The notes: generated by a model from the letters alone, not told the origin. 64,000 nucleotides of DNA from Gemmatimonadales bacterium (GCA_041577295.1 JBFGJG010000003.1:32001-96000); one strand, 5' to 3'; counted from the first letter of the stretch, positions 27,489-37,810 are shown. Program-made: numbers and translations.

Positions 27489-29496
27489 GTTCTGCGCGGG
27501 CTTCTGGGGGAAGCAGCGGAATCAACAGCGGGATGGGAACGGCAAACCCCAACCCCGCGGCCTCACGCAACCCCGCTCGGTGGATCGCGACCACGTCACC
27601 GTCCGCGTTGAAGATGGGGCTGCCGCTCGATCCGCTCACCGTGAATCCGTCGAACTGGATGAGTTCGGGCGTCACCTTGCTAAACACGCCGGCGCTCATC
27701 GATGTGCGCACCGTCGAGGTCCTATCGAGCGCCGCCGTGAGCCCAGCGGGGAACCCGATGAGCGCCGCTGGCTCACCCTGCCTCGCCTGCGTGCCCGCCC
27801 AATCGATCCTGGCGATCACGGGTCCCGTGTAACTCCGAATCTTCAACAAGGCCAAGTCAGGCCCATCCGGAGGCGCCACCGCCACGAGGTCCGTGCGCAC
27901 CATGAACCGTTGGTCCGCCATGGTCACAAAGAGTGAGTCTGCCCGCTTTGCCTGCTCGGTAACCACGTGCCGGTTGGTCACAAAGTATCCGGATGCGGTG
28001 AGCGCGAACCCGGAGCCATCGAACACTTCCGTACCGAAGTACGCAGTGACCAACCCGACGGCAGCCTGATTGCCCTGCGCAACCGCGGCCAGATTCACGC
28101 CGCGAATGGCCCGCACCTGCGAGCTGAGCGCCGACGCGCGGTCCTCGGCGGCGCGAACCGCGCTGCGCAAGCTGTCTACCATGGCATTGGAGACCTGGCT
28201 CTCCCGTGCCCGGCGCAATTCGGTGCGCAGGCGGCTCAGTTCGGTATGCGCGCGACGCTGCAACGAGTCGCCCGCGGATATCTGTTGCGCGAGCTCGACC
28301 TGCGCGCGCTGCAGAGCCGCTTCCAGATCCGCGGTTCGCTGCCCAGCCTCCTCGAGCGCCACCCGCAAGCTTTCAACCACCGTGACCGGTGCCGCCGACG
28401 CCCGGGCCTGTGTCAGCTGTTGCTCTAACCGCGCGTATTCCATTTGTGCGGCGCGCCACACGGAATCCGTCGCCGCCTGCTGCGCTTGCCGCACTTGTTC
28501 CTGCTGTGCCGCAAGACGGGCAGCAGTCTCTGCCACGCGCCGTTCACCCAACCAGTAGACACCGCCCACGGAGACGGCGAGCAGCCCGACAAATGACCAG
28601 ACGATCAATCGGGCGCGACGTGCCGATCGCTTGCTGGACTCCGCAAGCTTTTCCGAGAAGAAGGCCGTGCGACCCCGGCCTCCAAAGCTCCGTCGAGCCG
28701 GGACGGGCGGCACCATCTTCTCCGCCGTAGCTTCGAAGGGATTGTCCAGTGCTGCGACGCGCAACTCGGGACCTCCGGTCCCGAGCTTTAGTCGATCACC
28801 GACCTGGACGTGATGTTCGCCGTGCAGCGACACGCCGTTCACCAACGTGCCGTGTCGACTACCTGCGTCCTGCACGGCCACGACTCCGTCTGGACGCAGG
28901 AAGATCTTCGCGTGCACCCGTGACACCGTGGTCTGAGTTGGTGCAACCGGTCGAACTTCGCACTCCCGACCACGGCCGATGCGAATCTCGTTTCCCGTCA
29001 CCTCGTACCGCGTCCCCTCCCGTGACTCGATCAGGGTCAGAGAAAACGACGGGGCATCAGAAGTCTTTGGGGATTGCAGCAGGAGATCCGTAGGCGCGTC
29101 ATCCTCATCGTCGGCGAGCATCCCAGCTCGTACCGTCGCGAGCAACTCTTCGGGTAATTCGGCGACGGTCTCACTGATCTTCTGCCTGCGGACGGCTTCG
29201 ACCTTGAGCCGTACACTGCCCGTACCGAGACCGATGACTTGGCCAGCGGCGAGGAGGATTGGGGCGCCCGGGGTCAGCCGCCGCCCGTCGAGATAGGTCC
29301 CGTTACGGCTTTGCAGATCGTCGAGATACCAGGCCCCATCGCGGTGGGCGATACGGGCGTGCTGGGCCGAGACCAACTCGCGGCCCGCACCGGCAATGGC
29401 GAACTCGACGGACGGGTCGCGCCCGATCCGTACCTCGGCCGTGTGGAACTCGTGACGCTCGCCCGAACGGAGATCTCGGAGGCAAAGGAACGGCAT
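27478..29496 (-). CDS. FHA-FHA-TM-coiled coil-trypsin-like serine protease
   Basis: Two FHA domains (IGR...VSAQHA...SRNGT; IGR...VSRVHA...SRHGT), one TM, a Q/A/E/R-rich coiled coil, and triad motifs TNRHV, DLALL, GSSGSP. Confidence 0.85.
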   Translation of the reverse strand: MPFLCLRDLRSGERHEFHTAEVRIGRDPSVEFAIAGAGRELVSAQHARIAHRDGAWYLDDLQSRNGTYLDGRRLTPGAPILLAAGQVIGLGTGSVRLKVEAVRRQKISETVAELPEELLATVRAGMLADDEDDAPTDLLLQSPKTSDAPSFSLTLIESREGTRYEVTGNEIRIGRGRECEVRPVAPTQTTVSRVHAKIFLRPDGVVAVQDAGSRHGTLVNGVSLHGEHHVQVGDRLKLGTGGPELRVAALDNPFEATAEKMVPPVPARRSFGGRGRTAFFSEKLAESSKRSARRARLIVWSFVGLLAVSVGGVYWLGERRVAETAARLAAQQEQVRQAQQAATDSVWRAAQMEYARLEQQLTQARASAAPVTVVESLRVALEEAGQRTADLEAALQRAQVELAQQISAGDSLQRRAHTELSRLRTELRRARESQVSNAMVDSLRSAVRAAEDRASALSSQVRAIRGVNLAAVAQGNQAAVGLVTAYFGTEVFDGSGFALTASGYFVTNRHVVTEQAKRADSLFVTMADQRFMVRTDLVAVAPPDGPDLALLKIRSYTGPVIARIDWAGTQARQGEPAALIGFPAGLTAALDRTSTVRTSMSAGVFSKVTPELIQFDGFTVSGSSGSPIFNADGDVVAIHRAGLREAAGLGFAVPIPLLIPLLPPEARAELGL

Positions 29497-29542
29497 GCGT
29501 TGAGAACTTAGCGAGCGCTCGGAAGCGTTGGAAGGCGGACGC

Positions 29543-30532
29543 TCAAGCGCTCCAGCTCAACACGATCGCCCCAAAATTGCGATTGTCCTCCATATACCGG
29601 TGTGCCTCACCCGCCTCCGCTGCGGGAAAAACGCGATCGAGTGTTGGCGTCGCGACACCGCCGACGAACAGAGGGAGCACTCGATCGATGAACGACCGTG
29701 TGATCTGTGCCTTTTCTGCGGATGAGCGACTCCGCAGTACCGTGCCGACCAGGGTAAGACGCTTGCTCAACAATCGGCCGAGATCGATCTCGGACGTGCG
29801 ACCACCGGTGAGCCCGATAACGACAATTCGTCCTCGCGGTGCGGCGGCGACCAAATTTCCAAAGAGATAGCTCCCACCCACAAGGTCACAGATGATGTCC
29901 GCCCAATCGCGGAGATCGTCCTTGGGAGCAAAGGCACCGGTCACCAACACACGCTTGTCGAGGCCCAGCGCCGCGGCGCGTTCGAGCTTGGCGGCTGTTC
30001 GGGATGAGCCGGCTACCACGGCATCGTGCGCCTTCGCGAGCTGAAGCACAGCCAGACCGACGCCGCTTCCGACAGCATGGACCAGGACGCGCTCGCCGCG
30101 CTGTAGGTTTGCCCGCTCGCTGAGCGCATCGTGGGCCGTGATGAACGCCTCGGGCACGGCGGCTGCCATCTCAAACGACCAGGCACTCGGAATCGGTATG
30201 AGGTGATCGCTCGGGACAGCCACAAACTCCGCGTAGGCTCCCCCGCCAATGATTCCCATGACCCGATCGCCCACCTTCCACGCGGCATCGGAACCGCTCG
30301 TCGTCTCCACCAGACCCGCGAACTCGAGGCCGGGCACATGCGCAAGGGCACCGGGCGGAGCCGGATACGCGCCGCGCCGCTGCAGCACGTCCGCGCGATT
30401 CACCCCGGACGCGAGCACCCGGACCACCACCTCGCCCGATGCCGGCGTGGGTCGTGGAAGGCTGCTCATGGTCAGCACGTCCGGCCCGCCAGGGCTCACG
30501 ATGGTGATGGCACGCATGGGTGGGGCGGTCAT
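29543..30532 (-). CDS. NAD(P)H:quinone oxidoreductase, PIG3/zeta-crystallin family
   Basis: GVNRADVLQRRG.YP, PGLEFAG, HAVGSGVG and GTVLRSR motifs. Start at 30532 or 30517. Confidence 0.9.
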   Translation of the reverse strand: MTAPPMRAITIVSPGGPDVLTMSSLPRPTPASGEVVVRVLASGVNRADVLQRRGAYPAPPGALAHVPGLEFAGLVETTSGSDAAWKVGDRVMGIIGGGAYAEFVAVPSDHLIPIPSAWSFEMAAAVPEAFITAHDALSERANLQRGERVLVHAVGSGVGLAVLQLAKAHDAVVAGSSRTAAKLERAAALGLDKRVLVTGAFAPKDDLRDWADIICDLVGGSYLFGNLVAAAPRGRIVVIGLTGGRTSEIDLGRLLSKRLTLVGTVLRSRSSAEKAQITRSFIDRVLPLFVGGVATPTLDRVFPAAEAGEAHRYMEDNRNFGAIVLSWSA

Positions 30533-30552
30533 AAGTGCGTTATTTTGGATGG

Positions 30553-32325
30553 ATGACGTCGCACGCGGCAAGGGCCAATCCCCTGATATGCCCGGAGATC
30601 GACCAGGTCGCCTTATTTGATGAGGCTGCCGAGCGATTCGGCGATCTGTTCGATGTGCAGCGGCTCGTAGCCGCGTCGCCGGTACGGGCGCTCTTTGTCG
30701 CCAGTGACCTGGTGCTCAAACGAGAAGTGGCCCTGCGGGTTCATCTCGCACCCGAGAGCCCGACCCGTTCGTGGTTCGTTTGTGAAACCGAGCTGCTGGC
30801 AGCCCTCGATCACCCCGTGTTGCGAACGATCTTTTCGGCCGGACGGCGGGCAGACTGGGCGTTTCGCACCGCCAAGTGGATCGAGGGCGAAAGCCTCCGG
30901 GCAGCGACGGAACGTGGACCGCGGCCGATCCCGAGCGTGCTGGCGCTCGCTCGCGAACTGAGTCGAATGCTCGAGTACTTGCACTCACTGCAGATCGTGA
31001 TCCGCCGATTGGTACCGGAAGCGGTGATGGTCGAGACGACCGGTCGCAACGTGGTGACCGATATGCGCTGGGCCAACCGGTGCCTCGATCGCGCGACGTT
31101 CTTCGATCCGGCCTTCGAGCCGTTCATGGCCCCCGAGGTTCGCACCGGCACGCCCGGCGATCCCGCGGCCGATATCTACACGGCCGGCGCACTCCTCTAT
31201 TTCGCAGTGACCGGACAGGAGCCGGACCGGGATCCCGAGCGAACGGTCCCACCGCGACAGATTCGGGCTGCTTGTCCACAGGCGCTGGAGCGGGTCATAG
31301 CACGTGCGCTGGCGAGGGACCCGCAGGACCGCTACTTCACCGCCGGGGAGATGGGGCAAGATCTCGCCTCGGATCTCGGGGAATTCGAGACGCAGATTCC
31401 CGTAGCGCCGGCACTCGGTGCCGCCTCCGACGATTCGCGTGCGTGGGAGAAACGGCTCCGGCGCGCGCTCGGAGACGACTACGAACTGCTCGAAGAACTC
31501 GGTGCTGGCGGTTTTGGCCGCGTGTACCGTGTGCGTCATCTTGGACTCGAGCGCGAAGTGGCACTCAAGGTCCTTCACCCATTTCTCACCGCCGACCCAG
31601 CCGTCGTGGAACGGTTTCGGCGCGAGGCGCAGTTCGCCGCGCAGTTCATGCATCCTCACATGGTCAATGTGTACGACATCGGCGGCCGGGCCGGGCTGCT
31701 GTGGTACACCATGGAGTACGTCTCGGGTACGAGTCTCGCGCGGCTCGTGGAGGTGCATGGTCCCCAACCGGTCGAGCGCGTATTTCGATTGCTCGAAGAG
31801 GCCCTGCTCGCCCTGCGAGCTGCGCATGAGCGCGGATTGATGCACCGCGATCTCAAGCCGGAGAACATGCTGATCGAGGGAGCGACGGGAAATCTCTTGC
31901 TGGTGGACTTCGGCCTCGCGATGGCGCTGGGTGGAGCGGACGGACGGGGTGGCGCATCCGCCCGGTCCGGCACACCGGAGTACGCTGCACCCGAGCAGTT
32001 GTTGGGCGATCCTGTGGATCACCGGGCCGATCTCTACTCGCTGTCCCTTGCGGCGCTCTTCGCGCTGACGGGCGAACCCCCCTTCGGTACTGGTGCACCG
32101 GACGCGATCCTCGCACGCAAGCTGGCCGGCCAGCTTCCCAAGGTCAGGGAGCGACGATCGGACGTGCCCGAGCGGCTGCTACGCATTCTCGGCCGTGGCG
32201 CGGCGGTGGATCCCTCGGAGCGTTATCAAAGCGCGGAGGATTACCTCCGAGCGCTCTCATGGGGGCGCCGCCGCTGGCGGCTGAATCCGCTGCGCTGGTT
32301 CCAGCGTCTGTTGCCGCGCCGGTGA
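30553..32325 (+). CDS. Tandem pseudokinase plus Ser/Thr (Hanks) protein kinase, soluble
   Basis: The C-terminal domain has GAGGFG, VALK, HRDLKPEN, DFG and APE. The N-terminal kinase fold is degenerate (VALR, IRRLVPEA, DMR, APE). Confidence 0.88.
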   Translation: MTSHAARANPLICPEIDQVALFDEAAERFGDLFDVQRLVAASPVRALFVASDLVLKREVALRVHLAPESPTRSWFVCETELLAALDHPVLRTIFSAGRRADWAFRTAKWIEGESLRAATERGPRPIPSVLALARELSRMLEYLHSLQIVIRRLVPEAVMVETTGRNVVTDMRWANRCLDRATFFDPAFEPFMAPEVRTGTPGDPAADIYTAGALLYFAVTGQEPDRDPERTVPPRQIRAACPQALERVIARALARDPQDRYFTAGEMGQDLASDLGEFETQIPVAPALGAASDDSRAWEKRLRRALGDDYELLEELGAGGFGRVYRVRHLGLEREVALKVLHPFLTADPAVVERFRREAQFAAQFMHPHMVNVYDIGGRAGLLWYTMEYVSGTSLARLVEVHGPQPVERVFRLLEEALLALRAAHERGLMHRDLKPENMLIEGATGNLLLVDFGLAMALGGADGRGGASARSGTPEYAAPEQLLGDPVDHRADLYSLSLAALFALTGEPPFGTGAPDAILARKLAGQLPKVRERRSDVPERLLRILGRGAAVDPSERYQSAEDYLRALSWGRRRWRLNPLRWFQRLLPRR

Positions 32326-32371
32326 GTTGGGACCGCCGGTACGCGCGTGGGGTAGGAATCACATCACCCTC

Positions 32372-33304
32372 ATGAAACACACGCTCGCCGCAGCCGCCCT
32401 CGTCGTTCTCTGGGCGGCCTTCACGCCTGTCCTTCAGGCGCAAGATCCCGTGGTCTACCGGGTCTCATTGAACGGCAACGTCGAGCTAAGTGCGTTCCAG
32501 GTGGTTGCGCGCGCGCTGAAGGTCGCCGCCGAGGGAGCGGGTGCGGTGGTCATTCTGGAGATCGGGTCGCCGGGCGGGCGCTATGACGCCGCGCAGCTGA
32601 TCGTGGCCGACGTGGAAGCGAGCACGGTGCCCGTCTACGTGATGGTCACGCAGCACGCCTGGGGGCCGGCGGCCATGGTAGCGCTTGCTGGTGACTCCAT
32701 GTTCATGGGCCCCGAGTCGTTCATCGGAGCCGGACGGGATCCGGCGGGACGTCGCAGCGAGCTTTCGCCGGCAGCGCAGACCGCGGTCACCGAGGATTTC
32801 CGTGCGCTCGCCGTCAAACGGGGGTTCTCAGAGGATGTTGGTGTCGCCCTCGCGACGGAGAGCGACGGTACCGCCGCGCCGTTCACCTTGTCCGCACCTG
32901 AGGCGGTCACCGCGGGCGTTGCCAGGGCGCAAATTGCCAATGTCGACGACCTTCTCGCGCGCATCGGGCTCAGCGGCACCGAGGTGATTACGGTCGATGC
33001 CGGGTGGACGGGGACCACCATCGAGATCGAGAACTACAACACGAGAGATGTGCGGATCACGGTGCTCCGAGGTGGGACGCGCTACATATTGGGCCAAGTC
33101 ACGAGCATGCGCGTCGCCACCTTCGAGATCCCGATTTCGCACCTCTCGGACGGCGCACAAATTCGGGTATTGGCCGAGGTCATCGGTTCGTCGGACCGGC
33201 GCACGACCGATGTCATCCGCGTGGAACCGGGGCTGGTGGTGCGCTGGATGCTCGCAGACCCGCTGCGGTACTCCTCGTTCTCCCACTTTGTTCGCTACTA
33301 CTGA
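32372..33304 (+). CDS. Secreted protein: NfeD/ClpP-class N-terminal domain plus small beta-rich C-terminal domain
   Basis: Signal peptide; LEIGSPGG, VPVYVMV, MGPESFIGA and FTLSAPEA...G motifs; no NfeD membrane or OB domain. Confidence 0.7.
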   Translation: MKHTLAAAALVVLWAAFTPVLQAQDPVVYRVSLNGNVELSAFQVVARALKVAAEGAGAVVILEIGSPGGRYDAAQLIVADVEASTVPVYVMVTQHAWGPAAMVALAGDSMFMGPESFIGAGRDPAGRRSELSPAAQTAVTEDFRALAVKRGFSEDVGVALATESDGTAAPFTLSAPEAVTAGVARAQIANVDDLLARIGLSGTEVITVDAGWTGTTIEIENYNTRDVRITVLRGGTRYILGQVTSMRVATFEIPISHLSDGAQIRVLAEVIGSSDRRTTDVIRVEPGLVVRWMLADPLRYSSFSHFVRYY

Positions 33305-33320
33305 CCGCCATTCATCTCCC

Positions 33321-33359
33321 AAAAAAAACTCTCCGCGAGGTCGTTGCCTCGCGGAGAGT
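33321..33359 (-). terminator. Rho-independent terminator of the first susCD pair
   Basis: Perfect 13-bp stem ACTCTCCGCGAGG / CCTCGCGGAGAGT (33328-33359), followed by a U-tract on the minus strand (A-run 33321-33327). Confidence 0.85.
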
Positions 33360-33386
33360 ACTACGAAAAACGATCGACGTTCTGAC

Positions 33387-34817
33387 TTACGGCGCGGCGC
33401 AGGCCGGTGGTGCGGGTCGCGGACTGCGCGCGTCGCACTCTTGTGCTGGGAACGGATAGCGCTGTGCCACGGTGAAGTTGGCTGGCTCGCCTACCAACAG
33501 CTCGTTCAGCTTGCCATAACGCCGCCAGTCGATCCAACGATGGCCACCCTCCCAGACGAGCGAGTAGCGCTTGTTGTAGAGCAACTCGTCCAGCTGCGCT
33601 TCGTCCGACAGAAGAAGCCAGTCCGCTTCCAGTATCGGATCCAGCCCGCCGGAGTTCTGGCGGATGAAGTTGATGTCCACGAGCGCGGCGGACGGGTCCC
33701 CGCTGCACGTGATAGATCCCGCCGAGCCGGTACACGCGAGATTGGCCTCGGCGCGTAGCAGAATCAGCTCTTCGTTCCTGATGATCGGAACGTCGGCACT
33801 TGGGTTGGGATAGAGCGTGAAGTCGAGATCGCTCGAGATCCCCTGACTCGCCTGGTCCTGCACTGGATCGTCCAAGCGCACCACCTTCGTGGAGAACCGA
33901 AGGTCTGGCTCGCCTCCAGTGCGCTGTTGAGCATCCGCCTCGAACGACGGGTGTGCCAGCCGCACATCAGACTGATCGAACAGCGAGTTGGCCACCTCGC
34001 CCGCTCCCACACCAAAGTTGTAGTAGACGCCGGTACTGAGCGCGGAGCCCGTATTCATGAACGACGCCGCGAGATTGGTGAGCGCCGAGGCGTAGTTCTG
34101 CATGTAGACGTCGACACGTGCACGGAGGGCACGGTTGAACCCGATGAAGGCGGCTGGTGTGTTCGCGATCGCGAATCCGCTCGGCAGTTGGAATGCGAAT
34201 GTGCCACCCGCTGCTGCCAGATCGGTCTGTGCCTCATCGAGCAAGCGCACGATTTCGTTGAACGCCTCCGTCTTGCTTACGATCGGCTGGGGATCTCCGG
34301 TGGGGTCCGGATTGACCGTGATGACGATGCCGTGCTCATCCCGCGTGTTGACGAGCAGCAGGAAGTTCAGCGCCTGCATCGTCTTGGTGAAGCCACGGAC
34401 ACCCGCCTTCTCCGCGGGGCTCATCTCCGTGTCGAGGAGCGCGGCCGTGGCGTTGAGCACGTTCACCTGGTCCCGCAATTCCTGATAGCGCGCGAACCAG
34501 TGGTTGCCACCGAATGCCGGTGAGCCACCATCCAGCGGGCCGATCAGCATTTCCGTGACAAACCGCGGATCGGATGCGTCGAAGTTGTACGATTCCCGCC
34601 CGATGATCCCGAGCTGCGAAACCTGTCCGGCTGCGGATGCGATGTTGGAGCGGGCATCGATGAAGAGCCCCTGCACCGCAGCGATCACCGCAGACCGGGT
34701 GGGCGTCCCCGTGAGCTGCTCGATGCCCGGATTGTTGAAGTCCGGCACCGTGAGTGTCTGGCAGGCCCCCAAGCCGAAGACCGGCAGGAGGACTGCGAAA
34801 AATCGATAGCGTTTCAT
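33387..34817 (-). CDS. susD: RagB/SusD family outer-membrane lipoprotein
   Basis: Lipobox LGAC; IIRNEELILLRAEA and EGGHRWIDWRR motifs; directly downstream of SusC. Confidence 0.9.
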   Translation of the reverse strand: MKRYRFFAVLLPVFGLGACQTLTVPDFNNPGIEQLTGTPTRSAVIAAVQGLFIDARSNIASAAGQVSQLGIIGRESYNFDASDPRFVTEMLIGPLDGGSPAFGGNHWFARYQELRDQVNVLNATAALLDTEMSPAEKAGVRGFTKTMQALNFLLLVNTRDEHGIVITVNPDPTGDPQPIVSKTEAFNEIVRLLDEAQTDLAAAGGTFAFQLPSGFAIANTPAAFIGFNRALRARVDVYMQNYASALTNLAASFMNTGSALSTGVYYNFGVGAGEVANSLFDQSDVRLAHPSFEADAQQRTGGEPDLRFSTKVVRLDDPVQDQASQGISSDLDFTLYPNPSADVPIIRNEELILLRAEANLACTGSAGSITCSGDPSAALVDINFIRQNSGGLDPILEADWLLLSDEAQLDELLYNKRYSLVWEGGHRWIDWRRYGKLNELLVGEPANFTVAQRYPFPAQECDARSPRPAPPACAAP

Positions 34818-34846
34818 AGTCCGTGTCCTTTCCAGTCTGGTCATCG

Positions 34847-37810
34847 CTAGAAGCCGAGGTCAATGCCGAACCAGAAGCTTCGGCTGGGCGGGAACGGCGC
34901 CACGTCGATGTTCCGTCCCGTGGGTTGGTTGCCGAAGTTGCTGACCTCTGGATCGAGACCTGGGTAATCAGCGACCGTGATGAGATTCCGCGCCTGCGCG
35001 AAGAGACGTACGCTGCGCAGCGCACTCCAGAAGTTGGAAAGGCTCCGTTGCGGTAGCCGCCATGAGAGCGTGATCTCCCGCATCTTGAGGAACGACAGGT
35101 CCTGCACGTAAATGCGCGTGTCGCCCGCACCAACGAGCGGTCCGTTCGCGCGGCGCTCCGCACCGGCCGTCTCGAAATCCCCGGTCAACGAACCGATGTC
35201 GTACAGCAGCTGGGTGAGGTTCAACGCATCACTTCCCTTCTGCCAATCGAACAAGAAGTAAAGGTTGATGTTGCCGAACGTGACGTCGTTGGTGAACGAC
35301 CACTTGAAGTCGGGGTTGACATCACCGACGGTCGCGACAATGGGCGCCCCGTTCGCATCAAAGCCCGTGTTGCCGATGAACTGGGTCGGTGATTTGCCCT
35401 CTTCAATCCGGATCGTCCCCAGACCAATGCCGAAACCCGAGCTACTTGGGATGAACGCAGGAACCGGCAGATCGGTAACCTTGCTACGGCTGAGGAAGAA
35501 GTTGGTCCGGAAGACCCAGTTGAAATCCGCGCTCTGCGCCGGCACCAGACCCAGAGAGACCTCGACTCCGCGCGTCCTGAGCTCACCCGCGTTGAAGATC
35601 TCGTTGGCGAAGCCAGAGGACGGTGCGAGCCGCCGCGTCAACAGGAGATCGCTGATGGTCTTCTGATAGACCGTGAATTCAAACGTGGCTCGTCCACCGT
35701 AGAATGACGCGTCGACGCCACCCTCGATCTCGCGCTGCCGCTCGGGCTTGAGATCGGGCGAACCGACGTTGGCAAAAATGGTGCTTGGGGGGACGACGAT
35801 CCCCGGAATGCCCTCGACGTTGAAAGTCGCATCGAGCGGCGTGAACTTCTGCCCGAAGAGGGGCTGGTTGCCCGACTCACCGTAGGCTGCGCGGAATTTG
35901 ATATCGTCAATCGTCCCACCAACCGGAATGCGATACGATCCAGCTAACTTTGGATAGAAGTGTAGCTCTGTGTCGTCGGCGTTGGCGCTGCTCTGGTCCG
36001 CCCGGAATCCCGCCGTCAGGAGTAACCGGTCGTTCAGCGTAAGAACCTCTTCCTGAAGGTAAAAGCCGAAGTCCTCCACCCGCTGCCGGTCCTCATTGAC
36101 GGCCACGTTGGTCCCCGCATCGATATTGGGCTGCCCGGCAGTGAGCCCGCGGCTCGTGACCCGTGCGATGTTCAGGTCACGCGTCTCGTACTGTACGCCG
36201 GCCGAGGTCGTGAACGCAGTGCTACCCGTATTGTACGTGTAAACCGCACTACCGTTCACGTTGAGGCTCAAGTTGTCGCTGTCGCCCAGCAGCGAGGTGC
36301 CGGGGAAGCCGTCGTCGTCCTCGAACTGAAGCTCCGGTGGGAAGAAGAGCTCGTTCTGCTGGCGGAAGAAGTCCGCACCTGCCAATCCAATCAGCCGAAA
36401 ATCGCTGTTGGCAGTCTGGACGACAGAGAACTCGACTCGTCCGGAGGACGTAAAGCGCCACACATCCTCGTCGTTCTGCATGAGACCGAGCGTCTGGACC
36501 GGATTGCTGCGCTCGAACGGGTTCGTCGGATACGTGCCGTCCGCCCGCTGACTCAGGTCGACGATGTTCGCCGTGAACGGGAACACCATGTATGGGCTGA
36601 CGCCAGCGTTGTCGTTGTTCTGGAGACCACGTTGCGCGAGGGTGTGTAGGATATTCGTGCTCAGACTGCCGCGAATGCGTGTGCCCACCGTCTGATCGAG
36701 ATTGATACGCAGCGACTGTTTCGCGAAGCCGGTGTTCTCCATGATGCCTGCGTCGTCCTGCCACAGCCCGGACAGGAAGTACTGCGTATCCTCGTCGCCA
36801 CCACTGATGTTGAAAGCCGTCTCCGACGACAAAGCGTTGCGTCCGGCCAGTTGCTCTTCGTGATCGAAGCTGACACCGGGCGTAAAGCCCACCGCAGCGG
36901 CCGTGCCGGCCCCGAGCACCGCGTCAACTTCCGCTGCATCCTCGAAGGTTCTTGAGCCCAGCCTGTTGGAGAGGTCGAAAAACCCAAACCGCTGGGAGAC
37001 GTTGAATCGCGGCGGCCCGGCGCGGCCACGCTTGGTGCGGACGATGATCACACCGTTGGAGGCCTTCGATCCGTAGATCGCCGAGGCTGAGGCACCCTTG
37101 AGGACCTCGATGCTCTCGATGTCTTCGGGGTTCAGGTCCGCGATGCGATTGACTTGACCGTCCTGCGTAAGCGACGGGTTGTTGCCGCCGGTGGACGCGG
37201 TCACGGCGTTCTGATTGGAGGGAATGGCCACGTCGCTCATCAGCACGCCGTCAACGACCCAGAGCGGTTGCGCCGTGGCGTTGATCGACGTGGTACCCCG
37301 GAGCCGAACCTGCACACCGCCGCCCGGAGCACCAGAGTTCTGCTGGATGTCGACACCGGCAACCTTACCGGCCAGCGCGTGCTCGACGCTCTGTGACGTG
37401 ACCTCTTGAACATCGTCGCCGCTCACGGTGCCCACGGCGTTCGCGAGATTCTGACGCGAAACGCCCGTCGCCACACCGGTCACGACCACCTCTTCCAGCT
37501 GGAGCACGTCGCGCTCGAGCTGCGCCTGAATGTTGTTCTGGCCCGGTGGTACGGTCAGCAGATACCGTTTGTAGCCGATCCGGCGAATCAAGATCTGCAC
37601 CGATCCCGTGGGTACTCCCAGCGTGAACGTGCCATCCTGATTTACAAAGGCTCGGATCGTCGTGTTGGGCACCGTGACTTCGGCACCAGCCACGGGCTCT
37701 CCCGTGATGGCATCGGTCACCGTCCCAGTGAGGACGCGCGTCTGAGCATCGACGCTCGATGCGCTGAGCCCCACAAAGAGGGCCAAAAGTAGGACGATTC
37801 TGAATCTCAT
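34847..37810 (-). CDS. susC: SusC/RagA TonB-dependent transporter
   Basis: N-terminal carboxypeptidase-regulatory-like domain, plug signature DLNPEDIESIEVLKGASASAIYGSKASNGVIIVRTK, C-terminal Phe. Confidence 0.93.
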   Translation of the reverse strand: MRFRIVLLLALFVGLSASSVDAQTRVLTGTVTDAITGEPVAGAEVTVPNTTIRAFVNQDGTFTLGVPTGSVQILIRRIGYKRYLLTVPPGQNNIQAQLERDVLQLEEVVVTGVATGVSRQNLANAVGTVSGDDVQEVTSQSVEHALAGKVAGVDIQQNSGAPGGGVQVRLRGTTSINATAQPLWVVDGVLMSDVAIPSNQNAVTASTGGNNPSLTQDGQVNRIADLNPEDIESIEVLKGASASAIYGSKASNGVIIVRTKRGRAGPPRFNVSQRFGFFDLSNRLGSRTFEDAAEVDAVLGAGTAAAVGFTPGVSFDHEEQLAGRNALSSETAFNISGGDEDTQYFLSGLWQDDAGIMENTGFAKQSLRINLDQTVGTRIRGSLSTNILHTLAQRGLQNNDNAGVSPYMVFPFTANIVDLSQRADGTYPTNPFERSNPVQTLGLMQNDEDVWRFTSSGRVEFSVVQTANSDFRLIGLAGADFFRQQNELFFPPELQFEDDDGFPGTSLLGDSDNLSLNVNGSAVYTYNTGSTAFTTSAGVQYETRDLNIARVTSRGLTAGQPNIDAGTNVAVNEDRQRVEDFGFYLQEEVLTLNDRLLLTAGFRADQSSANADDTELHFYPKLAGSYRIPVGGTIDDIKFRAAYGESGNQPLFGQKFTPLDATFNVEGIPGIVVPPSTIFANVGSPDLKPERQREIEGGVDASFYGGRATFEFTVYQKTISDLLLTRRLAPSSGFANEIFNAGELRTRGVEVSLGLVPAQSADFNWVFRTNFFLSRSKVTDLPVPAFIPSSSGFGIGLGTIRIEEGKSPTQFIGNTGFDANGAPIVATVGDVNPDFKWSFTNDVTFGNINLYFLFDWQKGSDALNLTQLLYDIGSLTGDFETAGAERRANGPLVGAGDTRIYVQDLSFLKMREITLSWRLPQRSLSNFWSALRSVRLFAQARNLITVADYPGLDPEVSNFGNQPTGRNIDVAPFPPSRSFWFGIDLGF

